Source: Ptychomitrium polyphyllum (taxonomy: Eukaryota). From it: 64,000 nt of DNA. A program made the position numbers and the translations under genes. Within the stretch, counting starts at the first letter, position 1, and each line of letters starts with the position of its first letter. Below, piece by piece: positions 24,257 through 38,340 of the stretch. The DNA is taken from the NCBI GenBank assembly GCA_973851085.1, contig OZ316775.1, positions 18,972,001-19,036,000 of the forward strand, written 5' to 3'. Below the pieces are notes generated by a model that did not search any database, was not told the origin of the DNA, and was given only the letters and a program-made list of their open reading frames with translations.

Positions 24257-26594
24257 CTTGCTAGGTACAAATGCTCCAAAATATTAGTGCTTTGCGAATT
24301 CGCACTTCTGTGTCCATCTGTTGAAACGTGAGCTTTTGACGCTTTCCGGTAGGCGTCGCAGGACTAAGTTACTTGTTCCGGTTGTTTGATTTGTTGTGTT
24401 CGCAGATCAGGTATCTCGAATGCTCGTGGTGTGTCGTTGTTGCTGCTATTTTCGATGATTGCCTAGGTGGATCTGAACCCTCGAGACTACGATCTATGAT
24501 GAGCAAAGACAGGACATGAACCCTGTGCTTCGGCTTTGTTAGAACTCTAGTACTTACAAGAGTTTGCGCGAAGCCAGGCTTCTCGGTGCCGAGCGTGCGC
24601 TCTGATACTACTGATCACATTCTTTCAGTTTCATTACCCATTACCCCTGTAGTTCGTAGCATTTCAGATAAGCGCTCGAGTGCTATTAGGTCTTACGTAA
24701 AATCTTCAGCTTCATTCGTAGAGGTTGGAACTTAGATACCTGTTGCTTTGAACTGGAATATAAACTTCACTTTCATGTGTTTCTTACTTGTTGCATGTGG
24801 TTTCATTTTCTGGTTCGCTTTATAGAGCTAGAAATGATGTTGAGATTTTTCAGATGATATTTTAGAAACGTGAATTTCCCTAGATATCACAACGCTCGGA
24901 AGATGACTCTAGTCATGAGTTATTTCCCACGCAGAAAAGTGGTTTAGTTTACTGTCTTCTGAATTGCCTTCGCCATAATCCACATGCACTGCTACTCTTT
25001 GTAGCGTTATGCTAGATAATCACTAAATCATAATAATCTAGCGCATCGTCAGGAACGTTATGCACTCATTGTCTTTCGCATGATGCCTGTCGTAGCTAGG
25101 AGAGATCTCAACCTTGATCTTTTCAACCTTAAAGTGGCTTGATTACTTTGTGGGATGTAAGCAGCTTTTACAGTTATTTGCGTTTGAGGTTTCTAGAACA
25201 TTTGTTTTATTTCTTGGCTATCAGCTAAATATCTGAATGTGGTGGCCACTTGGCAAACTGTCGTTACGTGTGTCAGAAGGTATTTCGGTCATGGAATGCA
25301 CTATGTCATCAGCGTCACGTAATGGGGCAACTGTGCATTTCATAGTTGCCCATTTTGACTCTACTTTTGAGTTTGCAGTCTATGTAGCAATTGCATCACA
25401 TAGCCTCCATATGTTCCTGCTTGCACTTTGGCAGTGACACTCTTTGAGTCGATGGTAAAAGAAAACACGAATTAATACCGTAATGTTAAACCTCTGTTTT
25501 CTGAGAATTCATTCTCAACCGTCTTATGATCTCATGATTCCAGATGATTAAAGAAAGTCACATGCAATTGGTGGAACATCTGTGTAATGCAGATTACTTT
25601 ACCCACTAGTTTCCCAAGGTACATGTGATATGAAAAGTTTCGTGAGCTCAAACTTGAAACTAAACTTGAGATGAATGGCCGTACTTGCAGGTAGTTATGG
25701 CATGTGACCAGGGCATACTTTATTTTGTTTATTTGGAAATTAGTCCTCGCTTGGCTCCGGGGCTAATTTGCTATTTCATGGTTGCGGAAACTATACTTCC
25801 AGGTCTGGACTCAATATTGCAAGTCAGATCACTCCAATCATTCTACTGCTTACACGGCATCGCTTCGTGGGATGAATTCTCTGGCGTTTGTCTTTCGTTT
25901 TCCGCTCTCTGCGCCGTTCTGCTGCTTGGCAGTGTACATGTGTGGCAGTGTTGCGTCCATTGCGGCAATGGAACGGCCGCCCTTCCCAGGCGCTCCTTCG
26001 GAAGATCATTTGCTTAGAGATACTTCGTGATACTTCGTGATACTTCGAGGTGTCTCAAAGTTCCAAATACTCCTCTGTCACACCAATCTCCAAAGATTAC
26101 TTGCCTCAAAGAAACTTAAAGTTTATTGTGAAATTAAGGAGAAATACGACAGCAGCGCAGACTCTACCTTATGCCATACCGATGTCGCAGAGGATCAGCT
26201 CCGCGAATCTTTTGGGTATTGGTGGGTGGAAATACTGAAAATTTGGAAATACTTAAAAGTTGGAAATAAGCCATGACTTGAGGGCGATCACCAGCTTGAA
26301 ATCTTTGTTCTTGGGGATACTGGACGCTACTGCGAGTGGCGGATGTTGTATGGTGGTCCATTTTAAAACCGAGGTGGGTCTCGAGTATTCCCTGAACATT
26401 CTTATTCCATGCTACTTGAGTTATTAACTGATCAATTTAGATGCAATCTTATCAACCTAAACGCAGTCACTCAAATCACGAGTATTAGATTTAGCTTTGG
26501 AATGCAGCCACTATCCAAATAGACTTGTATATGATCGTACCACTCAGACTTGTCAGCTCGTTCTGTTGGGGGTAATTAATGATCCTCGTATTGG

Positions 26595-26710
26595 AACCCG
26601 CGCATGTGACCATGAATTGGACCACTTGACACATGTGACCATGGATTGGACCACTTGACCCGCGCATGTGACCATGGATTTGACCACTTGACCAAGGATT
26701 GGACCACTCC
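26595..26710. repeat. Imperfect tandem repeat of about 29-34 nt (catgtgaccatgRattggaccacttga), about 3.5 copies
   Basis: Units are directly visible at 26603, 26633 and 26665, plus a partial copy at about 26690. Confidence 0.85.
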
Positions 26711-27147
26711 TGTACATGTATCTAGAAATTAAGAACAGTTGAGGCAGAAACAAGTGAAATTTCCTAGGTATGGACCCGAACATCGGAATGCAACCACAGG
26801 TTGACACAGTACATTGTAGGAAAAAGCTGCACTGTTTTGAAAGATAAGCTTCGACTGCTTGTTAGAAAATTGCAGAAAGCAGTGATCGTACTACTATGAT
26901 ATTGACGCTTTCCGTAGGCCAGGCCCAACATTATATAGTAGCGTAGGTACGTCCTGTACCTTCTTCCCCATCTTCTGCTCCAACTTCCAGTCTTCTTTGA
27001 CAAACCCATGACTCATGAGGTCGCTCTTTCTTTTCTCGCATCTCCTCCAGACTCCAGAGTATTCGACTAACTGCTCTTTCTGCGAGTGAGACTATCCGTT
27101 TTTGAGTAGTTGACGCACTCTCTCATCTTAAGAGGTTTCTCGAGTAC

Positions 27148-27261
27148 ATTCGTTATATTGGAAAAAAATGCCCGTTTTGAGACTTCCATCCCTAGTCTGG
27201 GGAAGTCTAAAATGTTATAAATTGGGACTCTAAAATGTCCCAATTTAACGAATATGGTGTT
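27148..27261 (+). repeat. Dispersed repeat, copy 1 (about 113 bp, contains a palindrome; probable TE end)
   Basis: Nearly identical to 48281-48393 in the same orientation; internal inverted repeat taaattgggac-N8-gtcccaattta. Confidence 0.85.
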
Positions 27262-27679
27262 AATTAATTTCATTCTGAATGTACGAACCCAACTATTGCT
27301 TGTGTAGTTCAGCTCAGGTTTAAGTGTTGGTGGAGGTGAAAAGAACAGTATCAGAAAGCAGCAGAGAGACTTTGAGTGCTTAGAGATAATTTGCGAAGCA
27401 TGTGACCTCCAGTGGATAAGTGGTGTGCTAGTTGTGTCAGTAACATTAAATGCTGTTTGTTGATCATATGTGGAGTACTCAGAAAACTAAGGCCTGTTCA
27501 GAGAACTTGGAGATTTGTTGACATGATTTTACAGGCAAATGCGGAGCTCAAAACCTGACGTGGTCTAGTGGTCCTCACTGATTGCAGTATATCTTAGGAA
27601 GGGTGTTATATTCTTGTTGTGATAGGAAATTAGAAAGCTGTTGTGCGTATTGGAATTGGAGTTGAGGCAGAGGGTGAAG

Positions 27680-30600
27680 ATGGGGCTTCCATCATCATTG
27701 AAGTCCGTGCACAGGCCACTGGTGTTTGCTCTAAATGGGCAGCGGGTGGAGCTGTCTTCAGTGGATCCTGCAACTACTCTCCTCTCATACATTCGCAGTA
27801 AGACTCGTTTCAAAGGCCCAAAACGAGGCTGTGGTGAAGGTACTTTCTTTTTTGGGCGAACTAGCACTTTACGTGGTTTAGATTGTGTTAAATGTCTATT
27901 CTTAACTATTACCTCTAACATTTACGTCCATCACGTTATAAGAGCTTTATCAAAGATCATCATTGGAACCATACATCTACCAGTCGAATAGCTTGTTGCT
28001 CTTGAGATACTTCTCCTATGAGTGCGTTTATATCAGCTCTGATATGAAACTGGTATGGCTAACATTTTTAAAAGCATCACTATTAAATTTTCAACTCGTT
28101 TCAGGTGGCTGTGGAGCATGTTTGGTGATGCTTGCAAAGTACAACCTTTCCACCAAAGAAGTGAAGGAGAGTTCTGTCAATTCCTGCTTGGTCATGCTTT
28201 GCTCTATCGATGGCTGTGCCATCACTACCACCGAAGGCTTAGGCAATCAAAGAGATGGTTTCCATGCTATTCAAAAACGCTTATCTGCATTCCATGGCTC
28301 TCAGTGTGGCTTCTGCACCCCTGGCATGACCATGGCCATATACGGCCGTCTCAAGCACGAACAACAGCATCAACTCAAAGAAACAACTGATAATGGCAAA
28401 TGCACCAACGGAGCTGTGGCCAAACCATGCTCAAGCCCAACGTCCCAAGAAATGGAGAGAGCTATACAAGGAAACATCTGCAGATGCACTGGCTACAGAC
28501 CTATTTTGGACGTGTGTAAATCGTTTGCATCCGATGTGGACTTGGAAGATTTAGGTCTCAACACTTGTTGGGCGGACAAAGCTGAAGCTAAAGAAGAGAA
28601 TCTGCCTGCGTATGACCCGAACGGTGATCCTACATTCCCCAAGTTCCTAATTGACGAGTTAGAAGCTAGGAAGAGTATCCGTGAAAACGGATATGCACAC
28701 CAACCGAGAGAGGGAAATGGAGAGAGGTTGAATCCCAGGTTTGCCCATAAAGATAGCAGCATGTTGGAGGGAGAGAAAGTCCGGGCTTGGGTGAGTCCCA
28801 AGAGTTTGCAGGAGTTGAGTGCAGCACTGAAGGAGTTAAAGGGAAGGAAGGACAGAGTGAAGCTGGTGGTGGGCAACACAAGTTCTGGTCTTTACAAGGA
28901 GCTTGCCACTCTTGACGTGTTTGTTGACATAAGTCAGGTATGGTTGGGAATTTTTATTTCAATTTCAGACGTTTTTGCTAAGCTGACACCACAAGCCTGA
29001 TTTACTGAAAACGTAACAATACTGTTGGATTTTTTGGCAGATACCTGAGCTCTTGACCGTGCATCAAAATGCTCATAGTCTGGAAGTTGGTGCAGCTACT
29101 CGCATCTCCGAGCTCATGGATTACTTGGGGCATTTCGCAAAGAAAGATGGAAGAGGAAATGTAGTTGCAGAAGGATTAGTTGACCACTTGAAAAAGCTTG
29201 CTGGTGGACACGTTCGAAATTGGGGAAGTGTGGGAGGTAACCTCGTCATGGCGCAACAATTTGTCTTTGAATCCGACCTTGCTACCATCCTTTTAGGTGC
29301 AGGAGCCTCTGTGAAAATTGTCACAACGACAGGTTCTGAATCATCCGTAACAGAGATATCTCTAGATGAGTTTCTAGCGAAGGGAACTTTAAACGATGAT
29401 AGTCTTTTACAGTCGTTGTATATCCCCCTCGTTTCTGATCCTAAGACAGTGTTTAGGTCTTTCAGAGGAGCTCCAAGACCATATGGTAACGCTATTTCGT
29501 ATGGCAATGCCGCCTTTTTGGCCAACGCTTTAAGGAATGAGAAGGATGAAATTGTAATTGAGAGCGTTCGGCTGGCGTTTGGGGCATTCGGAACACAACA
29601 TGCAATTAGAGCTTCGAAAGTGGAGAAGCTTCTAACGGGCAAGACCTTGAGCCTGAATTTGATTAAGGAGTCTGTGGAAATTTTGAAGAAGGAAGTTGTC
29701 CCGTACAAAGGGACAACTAAAAAGGCTTACCGAGTCAGTCTAGTAGTTGGATTTTTGTTCGACTTACTTAATTCTCTTCTCTCAAAAGAGCCAACTGTGA
29801 CACCCACGCAACTGGTAAGTGCTCAAAGACACTAATTTAGGTACACGTAATTTGTCCTTTGTCATTTACTACACGTAATGCTGCAATTAGAGCACTCAGC
29901 TTGTATATAGTTAACATACTGTATGGTTCACATCGTTATTCGCTAGAGATTTATCATTGTGCATAACTGCTCGACTGATTACGATGATTTGAGTTTTGCA
30001 GTTCCCTCATCTTGGAAAGCAAAATATAACAATCACCAATGACTTTTACCCTTTGTCTCAACCTACTGCCAAATTTCTATCCCAGCAACAAGCATCTGGT
30101 ATGTGAATGTCTCTTGGACTAGTTCAGTTTCAGTTACCAATCGTCTGTAAGTCAACTACTTCAAATTGATTAACTCGTCCGAAAATGAGATTGTATCTAC
30201 ATAATCTTGGATCGGTTGTGCAGGAGAGGCAATATACAGCGATGACATTCCATCACCTCCTCATTGCCTATATGCTGCATTTGTCCTGAGCACAGAGCCT
30301 CATGCAAAGATTAAGGGTATTGATACAGCGGCTGCACTTGAATCAGTTGGTGCAGTGGATTTTGTTTCAGTAAATGACGTTCCTAAAGGTGGTAAGAACG
30401 TTGGGATCTACAACCCATTTAACCGTTCAGAAGAGATGTTGTTTGCGGAAGATATTGTTGGATATGTTGGTCAACCATTGGGAGTAATGGTAAACTTTAT
30501 CCCTCTCGTTCATCTTATGCACAAGCCCTCTGTATTATTGTAAAGTCAACTTTGTAGGGAAGGTGAGTTCTCTTTCTTTATTTGGATACAAGACTGTCAT

Positions 30601-33600
30601 TTGATAGGTGGCACCAATTTGCATTCTACTATCTTTTCTAATTGTTCATAAGTTTTGCTGAACCTTTTCAAATAAAGGTTGCAGACACATACGACCATGC
30701 AAGATTGGCAGCTGAAAGAGTGTGTGTGGATTATGATACCCATAGTGTTGGAACTCCTGTGATGAATTGTCATGATGCTGTGGCTCAAAATTCAACACAT
30801 CCTCTGCCTTCGTCTTCACCTTCACCTCCCATTGGCAATGTTGAAAAGGCTCTTGCTGACGCGGAATTCAGCTTTGAAGGAACGGTAAGTTTCACTATGA
30901 ATTCGTGCATGATCATTTATTGCTAGTTAGCGTTGAAACTCTACAAACTTAATAGATCAGTTCATTTTGTTTCACTAAATTATTATTCAGATTAATAATA
31001 TCGTTGTTCATTTTATCTCTGGCACTGATATCAACTATGACATATAATAGCTAATGCCAACCAGAACTTACAATTGCAGGTATCAACAAAATCACAGAAT
31101 CACTTTTATATGGAAACCCAGACAACTCTGGCTATACCTGATGAGGATAACTGCATCACTATCTACACAGCATGTCAGGGAGTAGATCCTGTACAAACAA
31201 ACATAGCTAGCTGCCTCAATATTCCAGTCCACAACGTCCGTGTCATTACAAGACGATTGGGAGGTGGATTTGGTGGTAAAGCCTTTCGTAATATACAGGT
31301 GAAAGCTCAATTTTAATTTGTACTAAGACCATCTATCAACACTTCTAAACAAGAATATTGATTCAGACTTTCAAGAAAAATTGGACTGTAGCTACGAAGA
31401 ATGAGTTGGTTGACATCAATTGTGCTGAAAACCAATTTTCTTGGTCAATGTTTATATTAAGCTGCAAAAGGTACAATTTCATTGCAGATAAGTACAGCGG
31501 TGGCTGTTGCTGCTTATAAGCTCCGAAGGCCAGTTAGAATTTCTCTTGATCGCAACACAGACATGCAGATGGTTGGAGGACGAAATCCAACCGAAACAAG
31601 TTACAATGTGGGTTTCACCAGGAGTGGGAAAATTACTGCCTTGAAAGCACATATCCTTCTGGAAGGAGGATGGTTTGCAGATGTGGTCAATATTCTACCT
31701 GGGCTTCTTAATCTCAGCCTAAAGAAGTACAATTGGGGAACTTTTGATGTAAAATACACTCTTTGCAAGACCAACAATGTTCCCAAGACTGCTGTGCGAG
31801 CACCTGGACATTGCGAAGGCTCAACCATTGCAGACGCCATTCTGAACTATGTGGCATCCTACTTGGGCATGAGTGGGAACAAAGTCCGTGATGAGAACCT
31901 CCATACCCCTGACAGCATTCGGCTGTTTCAAGGGGAGGAAGCTGTTGCAGGAGTGGAAGGGTTTACCTTGCCAGCGATTTGGGAGCGGACTAAGTCTGTG
32001 TCAAAGTTAGAGGAACGTGAGAAGGAGATTGAGGTATTCAATGATCAGAGCAAATGGCTAAAGCGAGGAATTTCAATTGTCCCATCTGTATACGGCGTCA
32101 CTAACGCTCCAACTGCAGCTACTGTGAGCATTTTCGAAGATGGTTCTGTTGTTGTAGAAGTTGGGGGTGTGGAAATGGGACAAGGATTATACACTAAAGT
32201 GAGACAAGCCGTAGCATACACTCTAAACCCCCTTTGGAACAAGGTAAGTCAAAAGAAATTATTTGATGACGCTGAGTTAACATCTAACCTTGCAGTTTGT
32301 ATTGCAGTGTTCAAAAAACAGCAGTGAACACAGTCGTTCCGAAGAAAGCAGCGCCACCAAAAGACTTAATACCACTAGTTGTTATTGTTTAATGCCTAAT
32401 GCTAGTCATGTTCATATGGCCGCAGAAAAAAGATGTTGACATAGTTTCAAAGATTCGGGTTCTTCAACAAGACTCATTCACTTTGCCAAATACGTTTGGT
32501 GATGGTGGAAGCACAACTTCTGAGGGATCCTGTGCAGCAGCTACTCAAGCCTGCGAAGTTTTGGTTCAACGTTTACAACCTCTGAAGGAAAAACTTGCTA
32601 AGGACCAAGGTAGTGGAGAAGTTTCTTGGGGGAGTCTCTGTATGACGGTACGTTCTTGGTTCCATAAAGCTGCAAATTCATTCTAATACATATAGATGCA
32701 ACCTTATTTTTGTGGTCATTTTTTCTCTTGTGTTTAACGAGGTCATCTGTTTATTCTTCAATGATTAATACACTTACTAAAGAAAATTGATATTAGAATC
32801 AGAACTCAGAATCCAGTTGTATTGTGTTTCAGTCAAGTAATGTTTATATTTCAATTGGTAGATTTTGAGGTGTCTCAAAATACATTTAGTTATAATTCAA
32901 AACGCGTGTCTTTGGCATTGTAGATTAATAAAATTCTCAAAATCACAAGCCTGATGAATCTCTCTTTGTTATTGAATTTATGTGTGTAGGCCAAGCAATC
33001 GTTCATTGATTTGCAATGTCATGTGCTTTGGGCTCCAACCGTTCGTGAGTACCTTCTATTTGGAGCAGGAGTGAGCGAGGTGCATGCTAAAACTTTAGCC
33101 TTCTCATCCAAAGTTTCTGGATGATGTTTTCTTATTTTTCGAAAGTTATAGTGTGCGTTAGAAAAACGTATTATCTGAATGCCTTGATTGGGTTTCTGAA
33201 AGAGTATTTTTGTTCATCCTCTTAACTCGATGATTATTCGAATGGAAGTGAAGTATTTAACATCATTTCAGTTCAATCATTTTAAGCAAATGACATGTAA
33301 GACTAATTTAAACATCTAATATTTAATGATATCTTAATTCTTCATTTGCAGGTCGAGGTTAACGTTATGTCAGGAGAAACAAGAATCTTAACATCGGATC
33401 TTGTCTATGATGCTGGAAAAAGCTTGAATGCTGCTGTTGACATTGGACAGGTGATTACAAACTTGAATGTTCTTAGTAAATTTTTCTTCAGGATCAATAC
33501 AAATCAGACTACATCCACATACTTTAATACCATCTGACCACTATCTACATTCCTCTTTTCACAGGTAGAGGGTGCCTTTGTGATGGGAATTGGATATTAT

Positions 33601-34175
33601 CTAACAGAGGACATTGAGAGAGACAGCAAAGGAAAACTTCTATCCGATGGCACATGGACATACAAGCCACCAACCATGGACACAATCCCACAGAAGTTCA
33701 ACATAGAGCTCTTTAACAGCCCTGCCCACAAAGCTCGTGTCTTTTCTTCAAAAGGTTTCTTCTCTTCATTATTATTTTACCAAACTCACCTAACTCATGT
33801 TCTCTTGCGTTCACTATGCTTGTTCAGAATTTGAACCACTTTGATTATTGATGAGAAGATTTTTCAGGAAAATATGCAGAATTGTTAACCAAGTGTTACA
33901 GTAGCTCAGACTAATGCCAGAATGATATGTGGCATGTAACAGCGGTAGGTGAGCCCCCTCTGTTACTAGCAGGCTCTGTATACTCCGCAATTCACAATGC
34001 TGTTGCAGCTGCTCGGAAAGACTACCTGGGTGCGGAGGCAGGTCGTGACACATTCGAGTTCAGCCCTCCTGCAACAATCGAGAAAATCAAGGCCTTATGT
34101 GGCTTTGATAACGTGGAGCGTTATGTGGAGGCAACATTGCAAACAACCAAAGTGTCTCATGGAAAGCTTCTGTGA
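27680..34175 (+). CDS. Aldehyde oxidase (molybdo-flavoenzyme, AAO-like), about 13 exons
   Basis: 2Fe-2S motifs GCGEGGCGAC, QCGFCTPG and GNICRCTGYRPI; FAD domain VRNWGSVGGNL; Moco domain FYMETQT, RRLGGGFGGKA, RAPG, EMGQGLYTKV, GSTTSE, DIGQVEGAF and SSKAVGEPPLLLA. Exons about 27680-27839, 28105-28937, 29041-29814, 30002-30098, 30224-30489, 30679-30884, 31080-31298, 31488-32243, 32426-32647, 32990-33079, 33352-33450, 33565-33754, 33943-34175. GGGFGGKA rather than GGGFGGKE favours aldehyde oxidase over xanthine dehydrogenase. Confidence 0.93.
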
Positions 34176-34771
34176 ATCGAAGTGCTATTATTTTAATCCG
34201 ACTGGGTTCAGGCATGGATGTGATTCACGAGCGGCCCAGGTTATAATGTAAGGATAAATCTGTAGAGCCACCGAACCGTAACTAATTAGTTCAATGTAGA
34301 CACAAGTGCATAGTTGTGGTGGACTAATGATGTTTGAAGAAGCTTGTAATGTACAAAATAACAGGTATTCTGTCATTGTGCAAGATACTGAATTTGAGAG
34401 GATGGCTAATTCATAGCACGGTGCTTTGTAGACCATAGGAAACTATCTACGTCGATTAGAAATGATGTGCGCATCGTGTACTGCAACGATCATTTACTTA
34501 CAAACTCGAAGTAAAAGCCATAAAATGAGCTTAGAAGTGGTCCAGAGTGAATCGATTTCGACTCACAAATCAACAGCTAGTGAAGCGTTTGATATTCGAA
34601 GAAGTGGAAGCCATTTTATAAGAAAGATCTGGAGATGGAGCAAGATTAACAGATCATGCATGCTCTACCAAAAACGAGGGTTGATGAAGACACTTTGGCG
34701 TTTTAAGAATTGTCTTCGTTAACCTTTGCCTTCACTTCTAAAACAATCACTAATCAAAAACGTCGAGAACG

Positions 34772-35188
34772 TCACTTGATGTGACTAGACCGGTGCTTGT
34801 GTCTTGGCGTTGCGCTTTTCTTCATATTTCTTGGGTCGGTGCCCACCTTTTCCACAGGAAATGTATCCAACACTCGAACCTCCTTTCCAAAGCTCTCTTC
34901 CATAGACAGTAGTACAGGGCATTCTTTACCGCGACATTTAGTCCAGCGATGTACCATTGGCCCTTCGAAGATATACTTCATTATTCTTCCCTATATGTGA
35001 CATCTTAAGATTATGGTGACCGCCTTCGAATCGATTTCGACCTGAACATGTCTCCATCTTGTCATGAAAGGTGTTAGGTCAAAGCCGAAGCCAAACGGCA
35101 CTTCCATTAAGAGCCCCTTGTCATGCTGGTTGGCAATGAACAACATCAACAAATGATGAAATGAATATAAACACCACTTCCCTAACAA
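34772..35188 (-). mobile_element. Possible RNase H-like (retroelement) remnant
   Basis: ORFs 34991-35188 and 34772-34981 share one frame split by a single stop. RHVQVEIDSKAV resembles the VxVExDS motif of plant retroelement RNase H domains. Confidence 0.3.
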
Positions 35189-38171
35189 CGCACAACGGCA
35201 AAGCTACAATCTCCCAAGGAGAGGCCACATCCCGAGGCGATTGAATCAAAGTTCTCTGACACCAAAAATTCGGTTTAAAACTATGGCTGTTGAGATAGTG
35301 AAATAACTCTCTAGCACACCACGATCCAGTCAAAATGATGTATCAATGATGCAATAGTGTAAATAAACGGGTCCCATTCAGATCAAAAAATAAAAATTGG
35401 CGCAATAGTGAACTTATGCCTTCGACACTTGGTCAAGCAGAACCGAGAAGATACGATGGCAGCTATAGCAAGTCGGGGTTCCGTCGTATCATACATTCCA
35501 TATTTGTATTAGCCGCCGAATCAAACCACATTAAGTTCATATGCTTCAACATAGTGTTTACAGGGCATATTATATTGACGGCAGAGGACGTGGTTGAGCT
35601 AAAAAATGCCCAGTTTTCCGGAGATATCTACAGTTAGAGGCCTACATGATGCAAGGTGGAAACTGGCTCCAGTTCTCACTACCACGATCTCCTAGTTTCG
35701 ACGCGGCATGTAGATTGCTATAATGATTTTCGATATTCTCATATGATAGTGAGAATTCTTTAAACAAAATTGAGGGTCTCGTCCAGCTTTTGGAGATCCA
35801 ACTGGTTGCGATTCAATGTTAGCAGGAGGGTGAAGAGTGGAGGACTTTTGTCACCGACCTGCCAGAGGTTTCTTGGTGGGGAGGCACTCTGGAGGTGCTA
35901 TCGTCACGTCATACAAGCCAGTTGAAGGTCCGAGATTCCACACGCTTGCTGTGTACGACCCACCCCAGCTCATGTCAGCATTTCAAGGTACAAACCTTTA
36001 TGTTTGCACAAACTAATCCCAACTTAACTCAGACATCTCTGATGATGCAAATTTTGACCTCAATTACGGTTGCATAGCACGGAATGCACGGATGGCGCCG
36101 TGTTGGAGTTAGTACTGTAGTAGATGCCTTCACCGTGACAGACTGTTGGCAAACTGTAGTTATGTAGAAAGTCCTACAGAATCTCTCGCTTCCCCAAGTT
36201 TTAATGTAGACCAGTTCACTGACTGAACTGATACGCTTGTCCGACGTCCAAATTTTTTAATTGCATCGACAAGGGCGTCGTGGTTATTACGACTCTGTTC
36301 AGCTTTTGCGAGACCCTGTTGTTGGAAAACCAGCGCGAGGAAGTATTCGTACGTGATGATTCTGCAAGAGTTGTAGTAAATATTTACAGCGAGTTTTACC
36401 ACATTGTTTCTACTGTACTTTGCGTAACTCAACACCATTACTTACAGAATAGTTTTTCAACATTATGATTAGAATGAAAGAGAGCCTAGAACCACGGCTT
36501 TCCAAGTTCCACCTCTACTGCACGTATCGACAGAAGTTACGCAGGAGCCCCTGATTGCACCCGAGCTAATATTAGATTCAGTCGACATAGCTTTAGGCCA
36601 GGCTCGTCTGTAGAAACTACCTCTGGTTTCAGTAGATACCTCTTAAAATGTCGTCAGTAGATTCAAAAGTTGCTTGAATGCACATGAGTCACCATTATCA
36701 CCGACCCCAACAAGCCGAACATGGAAGCTACCTTGCGCATATATGATTGATTCGTTTAAAATTCCTTTTTCATGTGGACCCACACATCAAAAAGCCTGAC
36801 TAGCACAAGTTGCACGAAATGTAACTCATTTACATCCTGAAAGCGTGTCTCGAATCGCAGTGCACAATATGTAGCTCAAGTCACCCGTTCCGAGACATCA
36901 CCGGATCTCTGGTGAAGTCCCGATAATCACAAAATAATCTTGTAGTAGTATCTTAGGTTGTCGAGTCCTGTCCGTGTCGGTTCTTTGCCTTAGCCGGCAA
37001 ATCGGCTGAGGGTGTGAATAAATCTTTCTCCTTTCTGCAATTGATATGCAAAAATAAATATAATAAAATCATTAAAAGTAGAATCTATCCCAAATTGAGG
37101 AAGATTTGGCAGAGTGAAGGGGGCGAACAGACTGACATACATTATGACGATGCTTTCATGACCTGGTCATAGAACCTACTTCAAACGAGGATGAATATGT
37201 GCATACACTCTCTGCAATGAGTTTGCGCGTCCAGATCATCCGCCAGGCTGTGTTTAGTTTTGGGCATCATTTTGAGGAAACTTCCAGCGATGTGTTTTGC
37301 TTAATATGGCCTATGCAAAGGCTGACTTGGCTTCACGCCGTTACAGCAAATCCAGCGCCAATTTTGGCTCTAGTGTCTAGGATCCAGGGCTTACCTGACG
37401 ATATCGAACCTCATGATCAAAAGCAGACGTCTCCAACCTACGCTTCCATGGTGCAGTCCCACCTGAATCATGAATTATGGTCCAAGCAGCCTGTGATGAC
37501 GAGAAACCGAAAATCTCTTTCATGAGCAGAATCAGTTCCTACAGCAAAGTGAAGACTCAAGTGCACCGACAGAAAGTCGACAGTGATTAATCCTGTGGGA
37601 AACAGGGTTGGGCTCAGCACAGACTGTCTGTGACCGCATTGTAAGCTAACCTCTTCTCTTGGTGAGGCTACTCTCTCATTTGTGAGCTAATATATCTCTT
37701 CTAATGGTGCTACAACGGTGAAGAAGACAGAATAACGTCCACATTGATGAGGTGCAAGTGGTGTGCAAGGACACATGTGCAAGAACGTTGTGAGCCTGTG
37801 ACAAATGTGGAGGTTGTTAAGTCATCATGTTCAGTGCCGGGCCTGGCACTGCACAATGCTGCCAACATCAAACATGGTGCAGAGTACGTTCGTATTTGAT
37901 GAGGAAGTGAGAGTACGCCATAGCCTCCAAAGGACGGTGACGCTGGAGGCAGTTGAAAGTGTGAAAGCAGGCATTGGATTTACTCAGACTGCTGCTTCAC
38001 GAGCCCCTCTGCGCAGGCTTCCGAGAATGATCTCCTCTGCCGTGCAGTGGGCTTGCTCGCACAAAGAACAATCTGCAAGCAACGACTGTGTTCCAGATTT
38101 TCCCCACGGCCTGAATCTCTCCCACTACTGCGGCTGCCCTGCTTGACTGCTTGACCGGCTTTCCTTCTCAG

Positions 38172-38340
38172 CGATACTTTTCTTCTCCTTCCTTCTTTTC
38201 CTCTTGGCGATACTTTTCTTCTCCGTTCTGCTTTTCTACTCGGCGATATTTTTCGTCTCCCTGCTTCTTTTCCTCTCAACGATTCTTCTTCTTTTTCCAT
38301 TTCTTCTTTTCCCCTCATCGATTCTTCTTTCCGCTCGACA
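38172..38340. repeat. Pyrimidine-rich 36-39-nt tandem repeat, about 5 copies
   Basis: Units start with cgat at 38172, 38208, 38244, 38280 and 38319; the minus strand reads as E/K/R-rich. Confidence 0.8.
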
